DNA of 64,000 bases from the human T2T-CHM13v2.0 reference genome, Homo sapiens. Numbering within the stretch: position 1 is the first letter of the stretch; each line of letters starts with the position of its first letter. This document shows positions 26,477 to 41,262 of this stretch, in pieces. The notes beneath the pieces are model-generated. The model was given only the letters and a program-made list of their open reading frames with translations. It was not told where the DNA came from and searched no databases. The stretch lies in assembly GCF_009914755.1 (NCBI RefSeq), contig NC_060931.1; one strand, 5' to 3'. The translations under genes and the position numbers were made by a program.

Positions 26477-27626
26477 GTAGGAAGTCATAGTGTCCTCATG
26501 AAAACCTACTGGAACTGTTTCCTTCCCTTCTGGGATCTTCTGTTCTTTTTGTCATCCATTCTAATCATTTCTAGGTGTATGTACTATCTCTCCCTTCCAT
26601 GGGATTAGCAATCCCATCCTAGACATTATTCATAGTAGTGGTAGGATTTTCCAACAGGATGACACTCTTAGGATATTCTCACTTTCTTCTAGAAATGGTA
26701 GAAATTTCCCAAACAGTCTTGGGTGGCTGCTTTTCAGAACTGCAGTAGTGATGGGATGTTGGAACAAGGAGCTGGCATAGTAATTCTGAGCATAAATAGG
26801 ACTGAGGGGAACAGAACTCTCATGTGAACTTCTAGGGAAGTTAAATTCTAGGATGAATTAAATATATTCTTCACTTACAGTTATCCTCTAGTTGGTGCTC
26901 ATGTGTTTTTAAGAATATGTAACCTCTATTTTTCAAAGAAATGCAACCTGAGAGTATAGAAAATATGTTGATTTAAATTTGATTTTCCAAAGTTCAGACT
27001 CTATATTTACACTTGAATAATTGGATGTTAAGAGACTAAAAGGGTTTAGATACATAGGAATATGTATGACAAATGCATAATGATAGCGAAAGTGCTTTCT
27101 TTGGTATTCTTGTGTGCCCAAGGTTACCCATAAACCCAATAAAAAAGAAGTGATTTCCTCTACTTGATTTGAAGTAGTCTCTGAATTTCTAAAGACAAAG
27201 ATTACATTTTATTGATCTCAGAGTTCCCAAAAGAGTCTAGTACAATGGATTAAATATAGTAGCTGTTCCATAAGTTTTTTTGTGTAATTAAGTTCCTGTA
27301 TAATGAATAATACTTTTATGATTTGAAAGTAGGATAGTACTGATAAAATCTCAAATCCCTTGAGATTTTATTCTGGATTTAGATGGTTCTCAGCCTTATG
27401 GTCTGCATAAATAGTAGCCCTTAGCATTGTTCAAGGCATGAGGCCCTGGGTTTAGGGTGTAAGTCAAGTGGACTAGAAATGAGAAAAATTCCCCTTCTTA
27501 TTTGGTATGTCCTGCTTTTCAAAAATAAGTTAATGATCTTGCCATGCCCTATCATAATTAGTAAGCATGAAATTTAATTTGACATTTCATGTTTGATATG
27601 CATAAACTTGCCCCACTATTTTCTAT

Positions 27627-27860
27627 TTCTAGAATGATCTTCCCAACATGCAAATCTGCTCATGTCATTCCCCTGTTTAAAATTCCTCAGTGGCTTCTCG
27701 TGAGTTTAAGATATAGATAATATCCTTAGCGCTATTTACAGTGAGTTACACCAACCTTCATCTTTCATTATCCCCAGTCCCCACTTTGTTCTTTAGCCCA
27801 TCCTGAGGTGGCCACCATTTTTCAGTAGCCATGTTCCCTCCTGCTTCTAGACCTTTGCAT
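27627..27860 (+). mobile_element. L2 fragment
   Basis: 'atgcaaatctgctcatgtcattcccctgtttaaaattcctcagtggcttc'. Confidence 0.65.
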
Positions 27861-28609
27861 AGGAGTGGGGGAGGTTCCTCAATGTGGGGGTAAAATTCCG
27901 GGCAGGCTTCTCGTTTCTGTGCTTGAGGCATATTTTGAAGGAAGAAAAAAAGTATTTTGTGACATCTTTCTGAGTGTTCGCCCGAGGCCCTTGCTATCTC
28001 CTCCCTCTTAACAAGTTTCATGATTAACAGAGCAGACAAGCAATCTCCCTGCAAGGCCTATGATGGTCCCTTGCTTTTCTCAGAAAAAGCGTGGGAACTT
28101 GTAGGTTTCCTTGAATGTTACATGAATCTGCTTGGTTTATTTTGTATTTTTAATTTTTTCTTTCTAGATCACTGGCCCTTCCTCTTACATAGATCAACAG
28201 AAGCATCTGTTTTTAGAATGTGAGAGGATGTCATGTTTTCGCTCCTCTTCTACAAGCTCATTAAGTATAAATAACGTATTTAGGTGAAGGACTTTATGCC
28301 ATTGAGCCTTTTAATAGACTAGTGATCTTAACGTTACACTTCCGATGCCTAAGATATTTAAACCAAATCAGTAAGAGTAGAGAGTCATTTTCATTCAGTT
28401 TGGGGACAGGGGCCTATTGAAAACCCCCACCTTGATCGTCCCTTATTCACTTACAGAAAGAAAGAATTAGAATGTAGGCTATAGCCAGTTTAGGGTGCTT
28501 TCTGTCACTGTAAGGCCAAGTAGGAGTGAGTTAAAGCTTCCTTTTCCAAGAAATCATCACACTCCTGAGTGAAGAGCCTCACCTTTGCCCTCTCCCTATT
28601 TGCTCCCAA

Positions 28610-28932
28610 ACGGGTTTGCCTGAGAGCTTGAGGTTCACTAACACCTCATTGTGAGTGGGAAGAACAGAACAGAATGCCAAGGAGCAGGCAAGGACAGGAG
28701 GTCAGCACGCTGACCCGGATTCAAAGGCTTGGGTTTGTTGAACAACTTCACCCAGTCCTGCCAGCCCGCTTTGATGGCCGGCGTTGCACGGTATTGGGGG
28801 CTGTGTGCCCTCTGCTGGGCAGAGCAGCACACGCGTCCGCCTCTCAGCGCCTGGCTTAAAGAATTTCAAGCTTTTGCTAACACGGGGGCAGATTTTCCTC
28901 TCAGGAGTGATGCTCTACCAGCATAAGACGAT
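28610..28932. promoter_or_regulatory. Putative CpG-retaining enhancer/insulator
   Basis: About 13 CpGs in ~320 bp with no recognisable repeat; TTCAAAG at 28720-28726 and CTTTGAT at 28769-28775; CTCF motif. Confidence 0.55.
28805..28818 (-). promoter_or_regulatory. CTCF consensus motif
   Basis: Minus strand CCAGCAGAGGGCAC fits CCASYAGRKGGCRS at every position; a TGCTG upstream-module-like pentamer lies 6 bp 5' of it. Confidence 0.65.
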
Positions 28933-29289
28933 GGCCATGGAAATACAGCCTTGAGTTATTTGGGGAAATTTTATGTCAAAGAAACAAATGATAACTTACT
29001 TTATGTTTTACTCCAATCAACTTCAGAGCCACCAGTTTCCTTTCATCGTGGAATGGGGCTTTACATTTGCTCTGATGACATTCAGTTCAGTGGCACAATA
29101 CACCAAAGTGTACGTCTTTATGTTCACAGACACAAATGGACCCACACAAAGAATTACCTAGTAACTCACTCTTTCCACTCAAGATATTCCGTGTTTTTTT
29201 GGAGAATACAAGATTTGGCATATTTGTGTGGCTTTCCTTATGTTTAACATAGCTCTTTCTAAAATCAAAGCCTTAAAATCTATTTGGAT

Positions 29290-30280
29290 TTGATTCATTC
29301 ATTTATTTTTCAGTCACTGAACAGACATGAATGGGCACCGACTATGTACCTGCCATTGTGTAGGGCTGTAGAGAGCAGTCAGAAATGGAGGAGAAAAGAG
29401 AATACCTACAATCTTGAGAAACTCCGTCCAGAGGAGAACTTAAAAAACGCACTAATAAAGGAAGATATTAATTGCGAGGGAAACACAGAGATGGGAATAA
29501 CAACACTATGAAGGGGTAGGAGTTAGGATCTGCTCTGCAGGCTGGTGAGAGGTAAGTATTAAAAGATATTTGTATGTTTGAAAGATACTTGTATGTTTGC
29601 CAGTAAGACAAGTTTGGGCGTGGCAGATAGTAGATGGTAGAAGAAATGGTGTGTGTGTGTCTCACAGGGCCTTTTGAGAGGCTGGAGTCCAAGGAGTGGA
29701 GCTTGGTGAGAGGTGGGCTAGAGTGGTAGGTTACAATCAGTTTGTGCAGTGCCTTGTCTAGCATGCTGAGCAGATTGCATCGTATTCAGTCGGAGAAGGC
29801 AAGTCGTTGAACGACTGTCACTAGGAGAGTGTGAGGGCTGCTTTTCATTTTAGAAACATCTCTCAGGAAGGTAGTGGATGGATAGAGGGTAGAGGAATGT
29901 CAAAAATAGCAACAGGAAGCTGTCTACCTTCTGTTGGAGCAGAAAAGACAAAAGAAGAAGGACAAAGAGAGTGGGGCTCCTGGAGAAAGGATTAACGGGA
30001 AAGCTTTCTAAGAGGCAGAAAGTTGATTGAAGGTGGAGGATGACAAAGAAGGAAGCATTGAAGAAGACTGAAAGTGTGGATGACACTGATAACAGGATGA
30101 GCTGAGAAAGGTTTGGTGCTGCAGTCGTGAGTTTCACTTTGGGCATATGGAAACTGAAGCGACCACGTGTGAGGATACCCACTACACAGATGGAAACAGG
30201 GTCTTCAGCTCAGAGAGAGAAAATGCAAAAGGGCGAGATTTGGGATCCTAGAGCATCCAGGAAGCGTCTTTGTGTGGAAT
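29290..30280 (-). mobile_element. Degraded L2 fragments
   Basis: 'ttcattcattt...gcaccgactatgtacc', 'gccttgtctagcatgctgag', 'gagtttcactttgggcatatgg...gaaacagggtcttcagctcagagagag'. Confidence 0.5.
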
Positions 30281-30893
30281 ACAGGGGAATAGAGGCAAAT
30301 GGAGCCTTTCCTTGTTTCCTGCTTCCCTTTTACTTAGGAGATTAAAGTGACAGTTTCATTAACTGCTTTTACCACATTAAACATTGTTGAGGATTTGGAT
30401 TTGGGTAACATTTTGTCTTAATAAGAAACCTACTAAAAAGTAAGTTTTTCAAAAAATGTTTTACTCTTACATGATCAAGTCTTTATCACGGAACCTGTCA
30501 GCGTTAACATCTAGGATTTAATGTCAACCAACGTAAGCTTTTAAAAAGCCATATTAAATCAGAAATGACTTAAAAATAAACTCTAGATGAACTTGATCTA
30601 TTTAAGTTAAAGGATTAAGTTATATACATGATGGAGCATCAGAGATTGAGTCCTTTTTGGGTGGGCCTTGGAAAGGGAAAATGCAGAAAGTTCTAATTTG
30701 TTTTGCTTTCGAAGAAGAATCATCCTTTTTATGTATTCATATGCATAATTTGATCAGAAAAATGCTTGATATTCTAACCTTTTAATTAGGAGGGAGGAAT
30801 GTAGAGATCATGTTGTAAAATTGTTTTCCAGGTGAGGAATCTGTGCAATAAATTTGAGAAACACTGAAGGCTTTATTGTATGCTTTTTCTGGA

Positions 30894-31188
30894 TTTTTTT
30901 TTTTTTTTGAGACAGAGTGTCACTTTGTCAGCCAGGCTGGAGTGCAGTGATACAATTATAGCTCACTACAGCCTCAACCTCTGGGCTCAAGTTATCCTCC
31001 CACCTCAGCCCCCCAAGTAGCTGGAACTATAGGAATGCACCACCACACTCAGCTAATTTTTAAATTTTTTGTAGAGACAGGGTCTCACTATATTGCCCAG
31101 GCTGGTCTCAAACTCCTGGGCTTAAGTGCTTCTCTCACCTAGGCCTCCCAAGTGCTGGGATTACAGGTGTGAGCCATCACACCTGGCT
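30894..31188 (-). mobile_element. AluJ, full length
   Basis: J-type 'atagctcactacagcctcaacctctgggctcaag', 'gggtctcactatattgcccagg'. Confidence 0.92.
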
Positions 31189-31301
31189 GAATTTTATAAT
31201 TTACCTTGTGACATTGAAGACTCTGAGAAGTTCTGCAGGAACCTAGCGTTTCCCAGTCTTATTTGATGGCCAACCCAGTATTTCCCAGAGTTTGGATGAT
31301 G

Positions 31302-31467
31302 TTACTTTAAAAGTTACCTTTATAATTAAGTAGAGCAATGTAAGTGTTCAAGCTTTTAGCCACAGAGCTCAGTTCAATTAGTAAACATGTATTGAGCTCT
31401 TTTATCATAGTTACCCTGTTAAGTCCCCAAATCATGAAGATTATTCATAAAACAATAATAATGACAA
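31302..31467 (+). repeat. Local dispersed duplication, copy 1
   Basis: About 80% identical by eye to 33671-33837, including a perfect 22-mer AGTAGAGCAATGTAAGTGTTCA. Confidence 0.85.
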
Positions 31468-31710
31468 CAATAATAGTAGCTAAGACTTGTTGAGTGCATA
31501 CTAGGTGCCAGGAAATTTACTAAGCATGTTGCATACACCATCTCATTTAATCCTCACAACTCTGGGAGAAAAGTATCCATTTTAGAAAAGAGGAAATTCA
31601 GACCCAGAGAGGTGAAGTGCTTTTCCTAAGGCCATAGACCTAGTGAATTACAGAACTGGGTTTTAGACATGTTTCTACCTGATACTGCTGCTCACATTCT
31701 TAACTACCAT
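31468..31710 (-). mobile_element. MIR
   Basis: 'ttgagtgcatactaggtgccagg...catctcatttaatcctcacaac...cattttagaaaagaggaaattcagacccagagaggtgaagtg'. Confidence 0.8.
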
Positions 31711-32829
31711 AGCCCTGTCTATGGAGAATTTATGGCCTCAATAATGTCCATGAATATTTCCAAGATGGGCTTCAGGTATTTTGACTTGAGGGTCTTCAAC
31801 CTGTGAGTTCTATTATTAGTTTCTGATATTCTGCATTACCCTGAAACGTCTTCCTAATTTAGAACCAAGGTAGCCCCTTTCTCTCTGAATCTGAAGCTCT
31901 TTGTATCAAACAGCCTTTTGTTGGGATGTAGTATCTCGTTTCTTCCACATTACGTAATGTAACATACATGAAGTAGATCAGGATATAGCTAATTTACAAC
32001 TTTCCTGCATCGTTCCTGAATGTTCCTTTTTCATTTTTTTAAGTGGGAAAAATGAACACTATATTTTAAATCTTCCTTATACACTCTAGGCAATACTTAA
32101 ACATTTAACTCTTAGCAATTTGTGTTTTTAATGGAATAGGGTTTTCCTTTTGGGTCATTTTCGTAGGGTAACTTTGGTTGTCCAAACATACTCTGAAATA
32201 CGTTGGGGATTATGGTTTCAACACATGTAAGCCTAAGGCCAAAGTATGAGTAACACATGATATTTTGTTACATTTCATGAACAAACCACTGTTTTGTGGT
32301 ATAATACAAAACATAGCTAAGTAGTTTAGATTACTATCAGGCATTACAAGGTTAGGTTTTCAATTTATGGGATTACTCAAAGCTCATTAGAAGTATATTC
32401 TCTAGCTCTAGGGAATGCAGCCTAGAAAATAGTGGTTTCCCTTGTGAAAACGGTGTGTTTTTAGTCCATTTATTATATTTTTTAGTTTATCTCAATTATG
32501 TCCTTTTGTACTTTAGTACAATAGTTGAATTCACAAATAAGCTTACAAAGTCTGTTTTACCAATGAGCCAAAAATGGTAAAAAGAAAAGAGGGAAAACAC
32601 ATTGTTGTTATTTATTAACTTAAACTGTCTTCAGAATGTCACGGACACTCTGTCAGTGACACTTTTCAGAGCAAACCTACTGTGATTGGTAGAACAGCTC
32701 CGAGTTGTAGTTCTGTCTCTAGCATACACTACAATGCCAGTTTGTCTTTCTGATTTTTTTTGGTTTTCTCATTTAGAAAAATGGGCCTAGTATCCTGTAT
32801 TCTGCTATGTGAATGTTCTTTCAAGGTAT

Positions 32830-33060
32830 GCTAGGAATAACATGAGCTTTGCAATTACATATAAATGGGCTCCTATTCTCTTGCTGTATGTATCTGTGAT
32901 CTCGAGCACATTATTTAACCTCTTTGAGCCCTAGTATCCTTATCTGTGAAACAATGATAATGGTAGAGTGTACATGATCGGATTATTGTGAAGATTAACT
33001 TAGGTTCATGTAAGTACCAGAGACCAGGATGGATGCAGGGTAGCTTCTCACTGCATGGGA
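32830..33060 (+). mobile_element. MIR
   Basis: 'tgtgatctcgagcacattatttaacctctttgagccctagtatccttatctgtgaaac...attgtgaagattaa'. Confidence 0.65.
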
Positions 33061-33097
33061 AGTTCTCTCCATTCTTCCTTACAATAGAAATATGATT

Positions 33098-33375
<278 letters not shown>

Positions 33376-33670
33376 TTATTCTTTCACACACTGTTTCTTA
33401 ACTTTTGTTTACATATTGGTACTTCAAAATTGCACTGAAAACTCTTAAAAAAATAACAGCAAAACAACAAATGGATTGTGACTATATAGCTGATACCTGA
33501 AGAATTGGGCCGAATCCGATCCAGCACATGTTTACTGACCTTTTGCTTTGCATAATGCATTGGAGTAACAAATGATCTCTTTCTGAGTTCTTGATAAGTC
33601 GACATTTCAAAACGCTAAGTGATTTGTTTTTTGATTTTTTTTAAGCCAAATCAGAATGCATTATAGGCCA

Positions 33671-33837
33671 TTACTTTCAAATTTTCCTTTATAATGGAGT
33701 AGAGCAATGTAAGTGTTCAGGCTATTAGCCACAAAGCTCAATTCAGTTAGTTAACATTTATTGAGCTCTTGGTATTATAGGTGCCATGTGAGGTTCCCAA
33801 ACCACAAAGCTTGTTCATCAAATAATAATAATAACAA
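33671..33837 (+). repeat. Local dispersed duplication, copy 2
   Basis: Aligns to 31302-31467. Confidence 0.85.
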
Positions 33838-35429
33838 TTATTTCTTTTGGTTTAAAATGGAAACACTGACCATATTTTAAAAACTGAAGTATTGTCTCGT
33901 CTGCAGGACACCACTTCCTTCTGGAGTGGCTTGGGGCCTAAGGGAAAGGGCAGCAGCCATTGCTCTGGAAGGGAAGTGTGAAGGAAAACCTTCATGTAGC
34001 ATCCGCATGTAAGTCTTAAGTACACCCACATTAAGGAAATATTTATACATGTAATTTTTGAATAATCATTTACATCTGGGTCTCTATCTGCAATCCCTTT
34101 AACTTAATTCTTGCAAACCTTTTCTCTTCTTGCTTTGACTACCAGGAAGCTTAAAACAGAATCTGTGGCCCAATTATATTAACTTTGTGATATATTTTTT
34201 AGCTTGGGTGTTATTTTTCTTGGTCCTGATTTTTGTGGTGTGTCTTTTATTTTGTTGTCTATTAGTGAGTGATAAAATTTGTTGAGTAGGGAAGAGCATT
34301 AATATAATACATAAGTCAGAAAAAAATTCTAGGAAAACATTTTGCTAGAAGAGAGCTAGTTCTCAAATGATTCAGACATTCGACTTGTAACGCGTAATGG
34401 TTCAACTTACACCTCATCTGCTCCCCCTTGGAAACTGCATTTGTTTTGGCAAAGCCAAAATTGAGTGTTTAGAAATGGGGTGTTCTGAGAAGAAACCAGC
34501 AAATCCTAGTGATTCTGGACTGCCCTTGGAATCCCAGTGCTGGTTTGAACAATAATCCTGATTTTTAACAGCTTATTATGTGTGGCTCCACTTTGGGCCA
34601 AGGGAATTTAGTTGTGTTTAAGACTTCGAATTCCATCATGAACTTTGGTCTTGCCTCCTGTCAGTTTAAGATTAATTATGGTAATTCTCAAAGCAACTGA
34701 ATGTGTGTCAGAATTTCTATCTGGATCAGCACTCCTCCTCTGATCCAGAACCCACGTCTGGGGAGGCTGGGTAAGGAAGTGGAATTAGGGGAAAGGCATG
34801 CATTTTAGACATTTCCCCTGAGTGTGCTTGGTTCTGACTCCAGGCCTTGTCTGCCCACTGTTGACGGTAACTTCTTGTACATTTGCTGTACATTTCATGG
34901 TTCACTCATACAGTTTTTTAGTCAGGGTGCATCAGATTTAGTAATATGTCTCCAGAATAACCATATGCTTTGAGGTATATTTCATTTTCCAACACTGAAA
35001 ATGAAAGAGCTATTAGGCTATGAATCTGTAAACAGTCAGTCATTCCCTGTGTAAAGTAAAATGAATTATCATAATTTATTAGCAAATTCAATTTTCTTTG
35101 AAGTGCTAGTTGTATTTTCAGGCTGCATCATAATGGTTAGTAATGACTCATTTAAAATAATACCCTAGGAAGTTTTCCATTTTAGATTATTAATGGTGGG
35201 GCATGATTGAAAGAGGAACAAAACATACTGAATGACTGAATGTCCTTTCACAAACTTCAGGAAATAGGGTTACTGGATCTTCATGTGGAGTGTTGCTTTT
35301 ATTTTAAGTCAAATGTGATCTCTACACCATGTGCCCCATTTCTTCTCTTGGGTTAATAATTCTCTCACAAGATATACTGAGTTAGGTAGTAAAATTGCAT
35401 AGTAGTGGTAGTAGTAACAATAGTACTCC

Positions 35430-35705
35430 TAGTAATAGCTAACTCTTTTTGGGTATCTGCCAAGCTTTCTTCAAAGTACATTACGTATATTAGCTCACTT
35501 AAAACTCTTTGTCCTGTGAGTCAAACTTTCTTATTATCTCCATTTTATAATCCTATTAAGGCAGGCATTTTTATTATCCTCATTTTATAGGTAAAGAAAC
35601 TGAGACATAGACAGGTTAAAGAAGTTACCCAGGGTCACACAGCCATTGAGTAGAACAGCTGATATGATCTGTGCAGCCTGTATGCAGAGCTGCTGCTGTA
35701 ACCAC
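35430..35705 (-). mobile_element. MIR
   Basis: 'ttattatcctcattttataggtaaagaaactgagacatagacaggttaaagaagttacccagggtcacacagc'. Confidence 0.75.
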
Positions 35706-36099
35706 TATCACAGAGCTGTCTTCTAGTCATTTTTATTGTTAATATTTTATAAATTTATGTCTCATTAAAGCACTGTTAAAAACTTTGATTCCCCCCCCTT
35801 TTTTTTTTTTACAACAGATCACTGATTAGTAACAACATTCTTAAATTACAATAATGATCCTCATAATGTGTTATGCAGTTTATTTCTATGTTCATGATGT
35901 CTCTTGTGGCTAGCATTTATGGATAGGCCGTTTTTCAAAGTACTTTATATCTGCGAGAACCTTTAGTCCTACTATTATTTAGGTAATATTAGATAACAGT
36001 CTCTTCTTCATACGTTGTTGTGAGAATTAAATATGTTCATCTATGCAAAGTGCTCTGGAATATGTGGCTCATAGTAAGTGCCCTGGAATGCTGATCATT

Positions 36100-36222
36100 A
36101 TGATCCATATGTTACAGCTGGGGAGGCTGAGACTTTAGTGAGGTTGAATACTTGCTCGCAGGCCCTTACCCACTTAGAGACAGAGCAAAGCTTTGAACTC
36201 GTACACTTGCCCTCTAGAGCCC
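36100..36222 (-). mobile_element. MIR fragment
   Basis: 'ccatatgttacagctggggaggctgagactttagtgaggttgaatacttgctc'. Confidence 0.55.
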
Positions 36223-36307
36223 ACACCCAGCCACCACACAAACAAGAAATATCAGGACCTTGTCTTTGTTTACTTTGGCAAACCAAAGCTTTTGTTTAGC
36301 TTACAAG

Positions 36308-36562
36308 AAGCAGCATGGTATCAAGATTAAGAGGACAGAGTCTGGAGTCAGCCTTCCTAGATTGGAATAGCATCACCCTCCTTCCTTGATAGCTGTGCAG
36401 CCTTGGGAAATTTACCTCAACTCTCTGTGCCTTTTCTCATCTGTATAGTGGGAATAATTACAGCTTGTATCTCACAGGTTAGCTATGAAGATTAAATGAG
36501 AAAAACCTGCAAAACTTAGTACAGTATCTGGCATATGGTAACATTCAAATAATATTAGCTAA
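36308..36562 (+). mobile_element. MIR, near full length
   Basis: 'gcagcatggt...ttaagaggacagagtctggagtcag...tagctgtgcagccttgggaaatttacctcaactctctgtgcc...ctcatctgtatagtggg...aagattaaatgag'. Confidence 0.8.
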
Positions 36563-36618
36563 CATGATTATTAGAATTGTATTTGCATTTCTTAAATATA
36601 TTTTGAATTTTAAAGTCA

Positions 36619-36999
<381 letters not shown>

Positions 37000-37358
37000 T
37001 TACTTCGAAAGACTGTGGGGCTGTCATAGCAGGGTTTTGGTGGGGGCCGTCACCATGAGGCTGCTTTCACAGCTGGAGTCGCTAAAAGGGGCACGAAGTG
37101 AAGATGCCCTAATGATCTGCATGGCCACATTTGTTTCGGGCACTCAGAAACTGTGTTTAGACAGTTTATTCTCTGATTATGTGTGGAGTTAGACTTCACT
37201 TAGCTCCATCATGACTTTGTTTTCCCCAACTGGGATAGATGGAGGAGACAGAGAGATAAAGAGCATAGGCAGTGGCTTCTTGACATTAGTTTTCCTCATC
37301 AGAATTCTTTTATTCTGGAAAGATGAGCTCAATGGTGTAGTCTTCTTGCAACAGCTGA

Positions 37359-37692
<334 letters not shown>

Positions 37693-38489
37693 TGCACCCA
37701 GTATTTCTAACTACATAGTAGTGCATACTATGGGTTACAGTTTGAATTTTATTTTCAAGTTATTTCTGTCATGTTTCGAATGTCATATCTGTGCTAATTC
37801 GTATGTCTATGGTTTTTAGTCTCCACTCTCTGAAAGCCTACCATTTAATTCAGGGAATTACCCTGAGGTCGGGGTAGAAGATAAGCCAAAAATTATAAAC
37901 AACCCCAAGGCTGTTTTTTTTTTTTAACTACATTATCCAATTGACTTTGAAGAATGTTTCTTCATTTTTCTTGCTTTCCCTAAATTTTGTTGAGTTCTGC
38001 ATTCGAGAAGAGGACACATTCTTGTGTGTCTATAGCCAACTTCCCCAGTCTGTTCTGTATAAAGCAAGTCAGAGGATGTTAATACATGCTCTGCTAAAGA
38101 CATGTACTGCTTTATGTTAGTTTGGGAACCACCAGCACATACAATGTAAGCAGGCTTCTTTTCTGCTGGACTTTGAGAATCCTTTGCTAATCCAATGTAG
38201 GTGTCTGTCTCCAGGAGGAGACAATCATATGCTGACATCTTTATTTCTTGCAGCATCTCACAAAGTCAGTGTCAGAGGACCATGCTTTGGGAAATGTTAG
38301 TTTATGCAGTAGTCATTGCTATAGATGGAAATAGGGAAAGGTGCACCAGCTTAATGGTAGTTGTGCTGTTTTTTTTTAAAGATTAATGAGGCCATACCAC
38401 AGTTTATTAAAAACAAACACAAAATTGTTGAAATCAGAACTTAGGAAAGTGTTTTTCTCCTGTATTGAAAATAAAGAGGAAAATGATAA

Positions 38490-38574
38490 AGGCCATACTA
38501 CTCAATGGCTGTGTGACCCTGGGTAACTTCTTTAACCTGTGTCTCAGTTTCTTTACTTATAAAATAGGGATAAT
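38490..38574 (+). mobile_element. MIR core fragment
   Basis: 'gctgtgtgaccctgggtaacttctttaacctgtgtctcagtttctttacttataaaatagggataat'. Confidence 0.7.
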
Positions 38575-38997
<423 letters not shown>

Positions 38998-39983
38998 TCA
39001 CCCAGGGAACTACAAGCTCCTCAGTTTTCAAAGATTTTTTTTCTTTAAACAAATGTCGCAATACAATAAATATAGATTAACAAGCAATTTTTTTTAACAC
39101 AGATTTTAACAAAAATGTTTTCTGGACATTCCCACCTACCCAGAAAACCATTTTTCCAGAACCTCTCAATCCCAGTAAATAAAATTGTTTATTGTGGTGT
39201 TATGTTAATTCATGCCCTTTAATTCTCAAGTGAGAAAAAAATTTATTTTTTGCTATCAAGATAGGAACCTAGAAGGATCCTGAGCAGAAAGTCAGAAGGC
39301 CTTGGTGACCTTGTTAAATACAGATCACCATGCCTCTTACAGAATGGGTACCCAACACATCGCTGTAGAATGGACTTTTTCTGCCTGAGCTCATCTGCTG
39401 TTCAGTGGAGAAGTTGGGCAGAATACATGATCTCCTAGGTTCTTTCAGTCATGGAAATGTGGGATCCATGGTATATTGTGGTTATTCAATTGTTTAGCGA
39501 AAACACAAGGATCATTTAGGAGCAAATAAAATTTTTGTCTTTCTATGTGTAATCATAAGCCCAAGTATAAGCTTTAATTTTAAGAAATGGGGCTTCCCAC
39601 CTTCTTCTGCTTCATCCTCCTGGTTGTGTGTGCCATGGATTCTTATGTGCCCCCTTCACTGCATGGAAAGTAAAATAAGTGATTAAGAAGAGTTTGCTCT
39701 CCATTTTGAAAGACACCTATACCATTTAATATGTTTAATAATATTACGGTTTAATTAATGCATTTATCTCTTGGAAACATCACCTGTTTCTTTTCCCTCA
39801 GAGGTCTCTATATTTTTTATTTCAGGATCACTACCTAATGTGAAAAATAGCATAAATATATGACTGGAGAATGTGGTTAATAATTATTGAATGACTATTA
39901 TGTGCCAGATACTGAACAATGTATTTACATGTGTTTTCTTCTTTATTCTTTGAAGAAACCAGGAACTAGGTATGTTAAAGTAG

Positions 39984-40268
39984 TTTTTTTTTTTCTTTTT
40001 GAGATGGAGTCTTACTCTGTGGCCCAGGCTGGAGTTTAGTGGTGCGATCTTGGCTCACTGCAACCTCCACCTCCTGGGCTCCAGCCATTCTCATGCCTGA
40101 GCCTCCCAAGTAGCTGGGATTACAGTTGTGAACCACCACGCCCAACTAATTTTTGTGTTTTTAGTAGAGACGGGGTTTTGCCATGTTGGCCAGGCTGACC
40201 GCAAGTGATCTACCCGCCTCAGCCTCCCAAAGTGCTGGGATTACAGGCATGAGCCACCACGCCCAACA
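39984..40268 (-). mobile_element. AluS inserted within a MIR
   Basis: Dimer with a ~14-bp deletion at 'caggctg^acc'; TSD TTAAA(G/T)TAGTTTT; MIR-like sequence on both sides (about 39885-39975 and 40275-40375). Confidence 0.9.
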
Positions 40269-41258
40269 TTAAATTAGTTTTATACATGAGAAAATCAAAG
40301 CGAAATAAAGCTAAAGTGGTTTGCCCAGGATCCATATGCTAGTAAATGATGCAATAGGAATGCAAACCTAGTTATCCTCAGAGACAAAGCAAACTATTTT
40401 GGGGAGTAAGTAGTCCACTTGAAGTGCATGGTGGATTGTGGGACCATGGAACGAGTGAAACAGGGAAAGACTCTGAAGGTGGCCATAAGGACTATTGTCC
40501 TTCACTCAGGGAGAAGTCCTGTTGGGGAACAGTCTTCAATAGAAGTGGGGTTCAGTCCCCTTCCCACCTTGCCCTCCAAGGGGAGTGGAGGCCTCAAGTA
40601 GCATTTTGGTCTGAATGGAGGGGTCCTGGAGACAACACATTTAACAGCATCTTCTATTTGATTGATGTTGGTTGTCCTGGAAAAGTCTATATTTTCCCAT
40701 TTGCATGTAAAACCCAGGTATCCAATAAATTTTTCCATTTCAAATTTGAAAAGGTGGTTTTTAGTGGATTAAAGGTCAGGCATAATTATGACTTTTTTCA
40801 TACTGTGCCACAAGGCAAATAAGTTTTGTCTTATTTTTTAAACCTACACTTTATTTATTAATCTTTTTCTTCTTGTTTAATATTTGAAAAAAAAAATCCA
40901 AAGACATTTGCCTCTATTTCCCACTATTTTGAAGAAATCAATCCTAAAGACTGGAATTATGTCTTTGAAAAATGGATGAACACTATTTTAATGTCTAGCT
41001 GAAAACCTTTGTCATAAGGGGGCTTAATGAATACTTTTAGATGATCAAGGTTAGATAAAAGCTTTGAGAGGTCATCCAGTCCTAGGCTTTGAATAAGATC
41101 TCCTCCAAAGTTTCTGTCAAGCTTGAAGCTTTATACTTTTATGCTATCTGAAGTGTACCGATGAAATGTCTCCTTTTGACATATTTTTGAAGAAGAACTT
41201 TGACTCACAGTACAAGAGCTCAGATGTCCAGTAAAATTCTGATTCAACTGGTTAGATT

Positions 41259-41262
<4 letters not shown>

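Noticed and set aside
28638-29247. Overlapping short ORFs at the CpG-rich element as a coding exon
   Set aside because: There is no recognisable protein or convincing splice-site pair; higher GC content explains the open frames.
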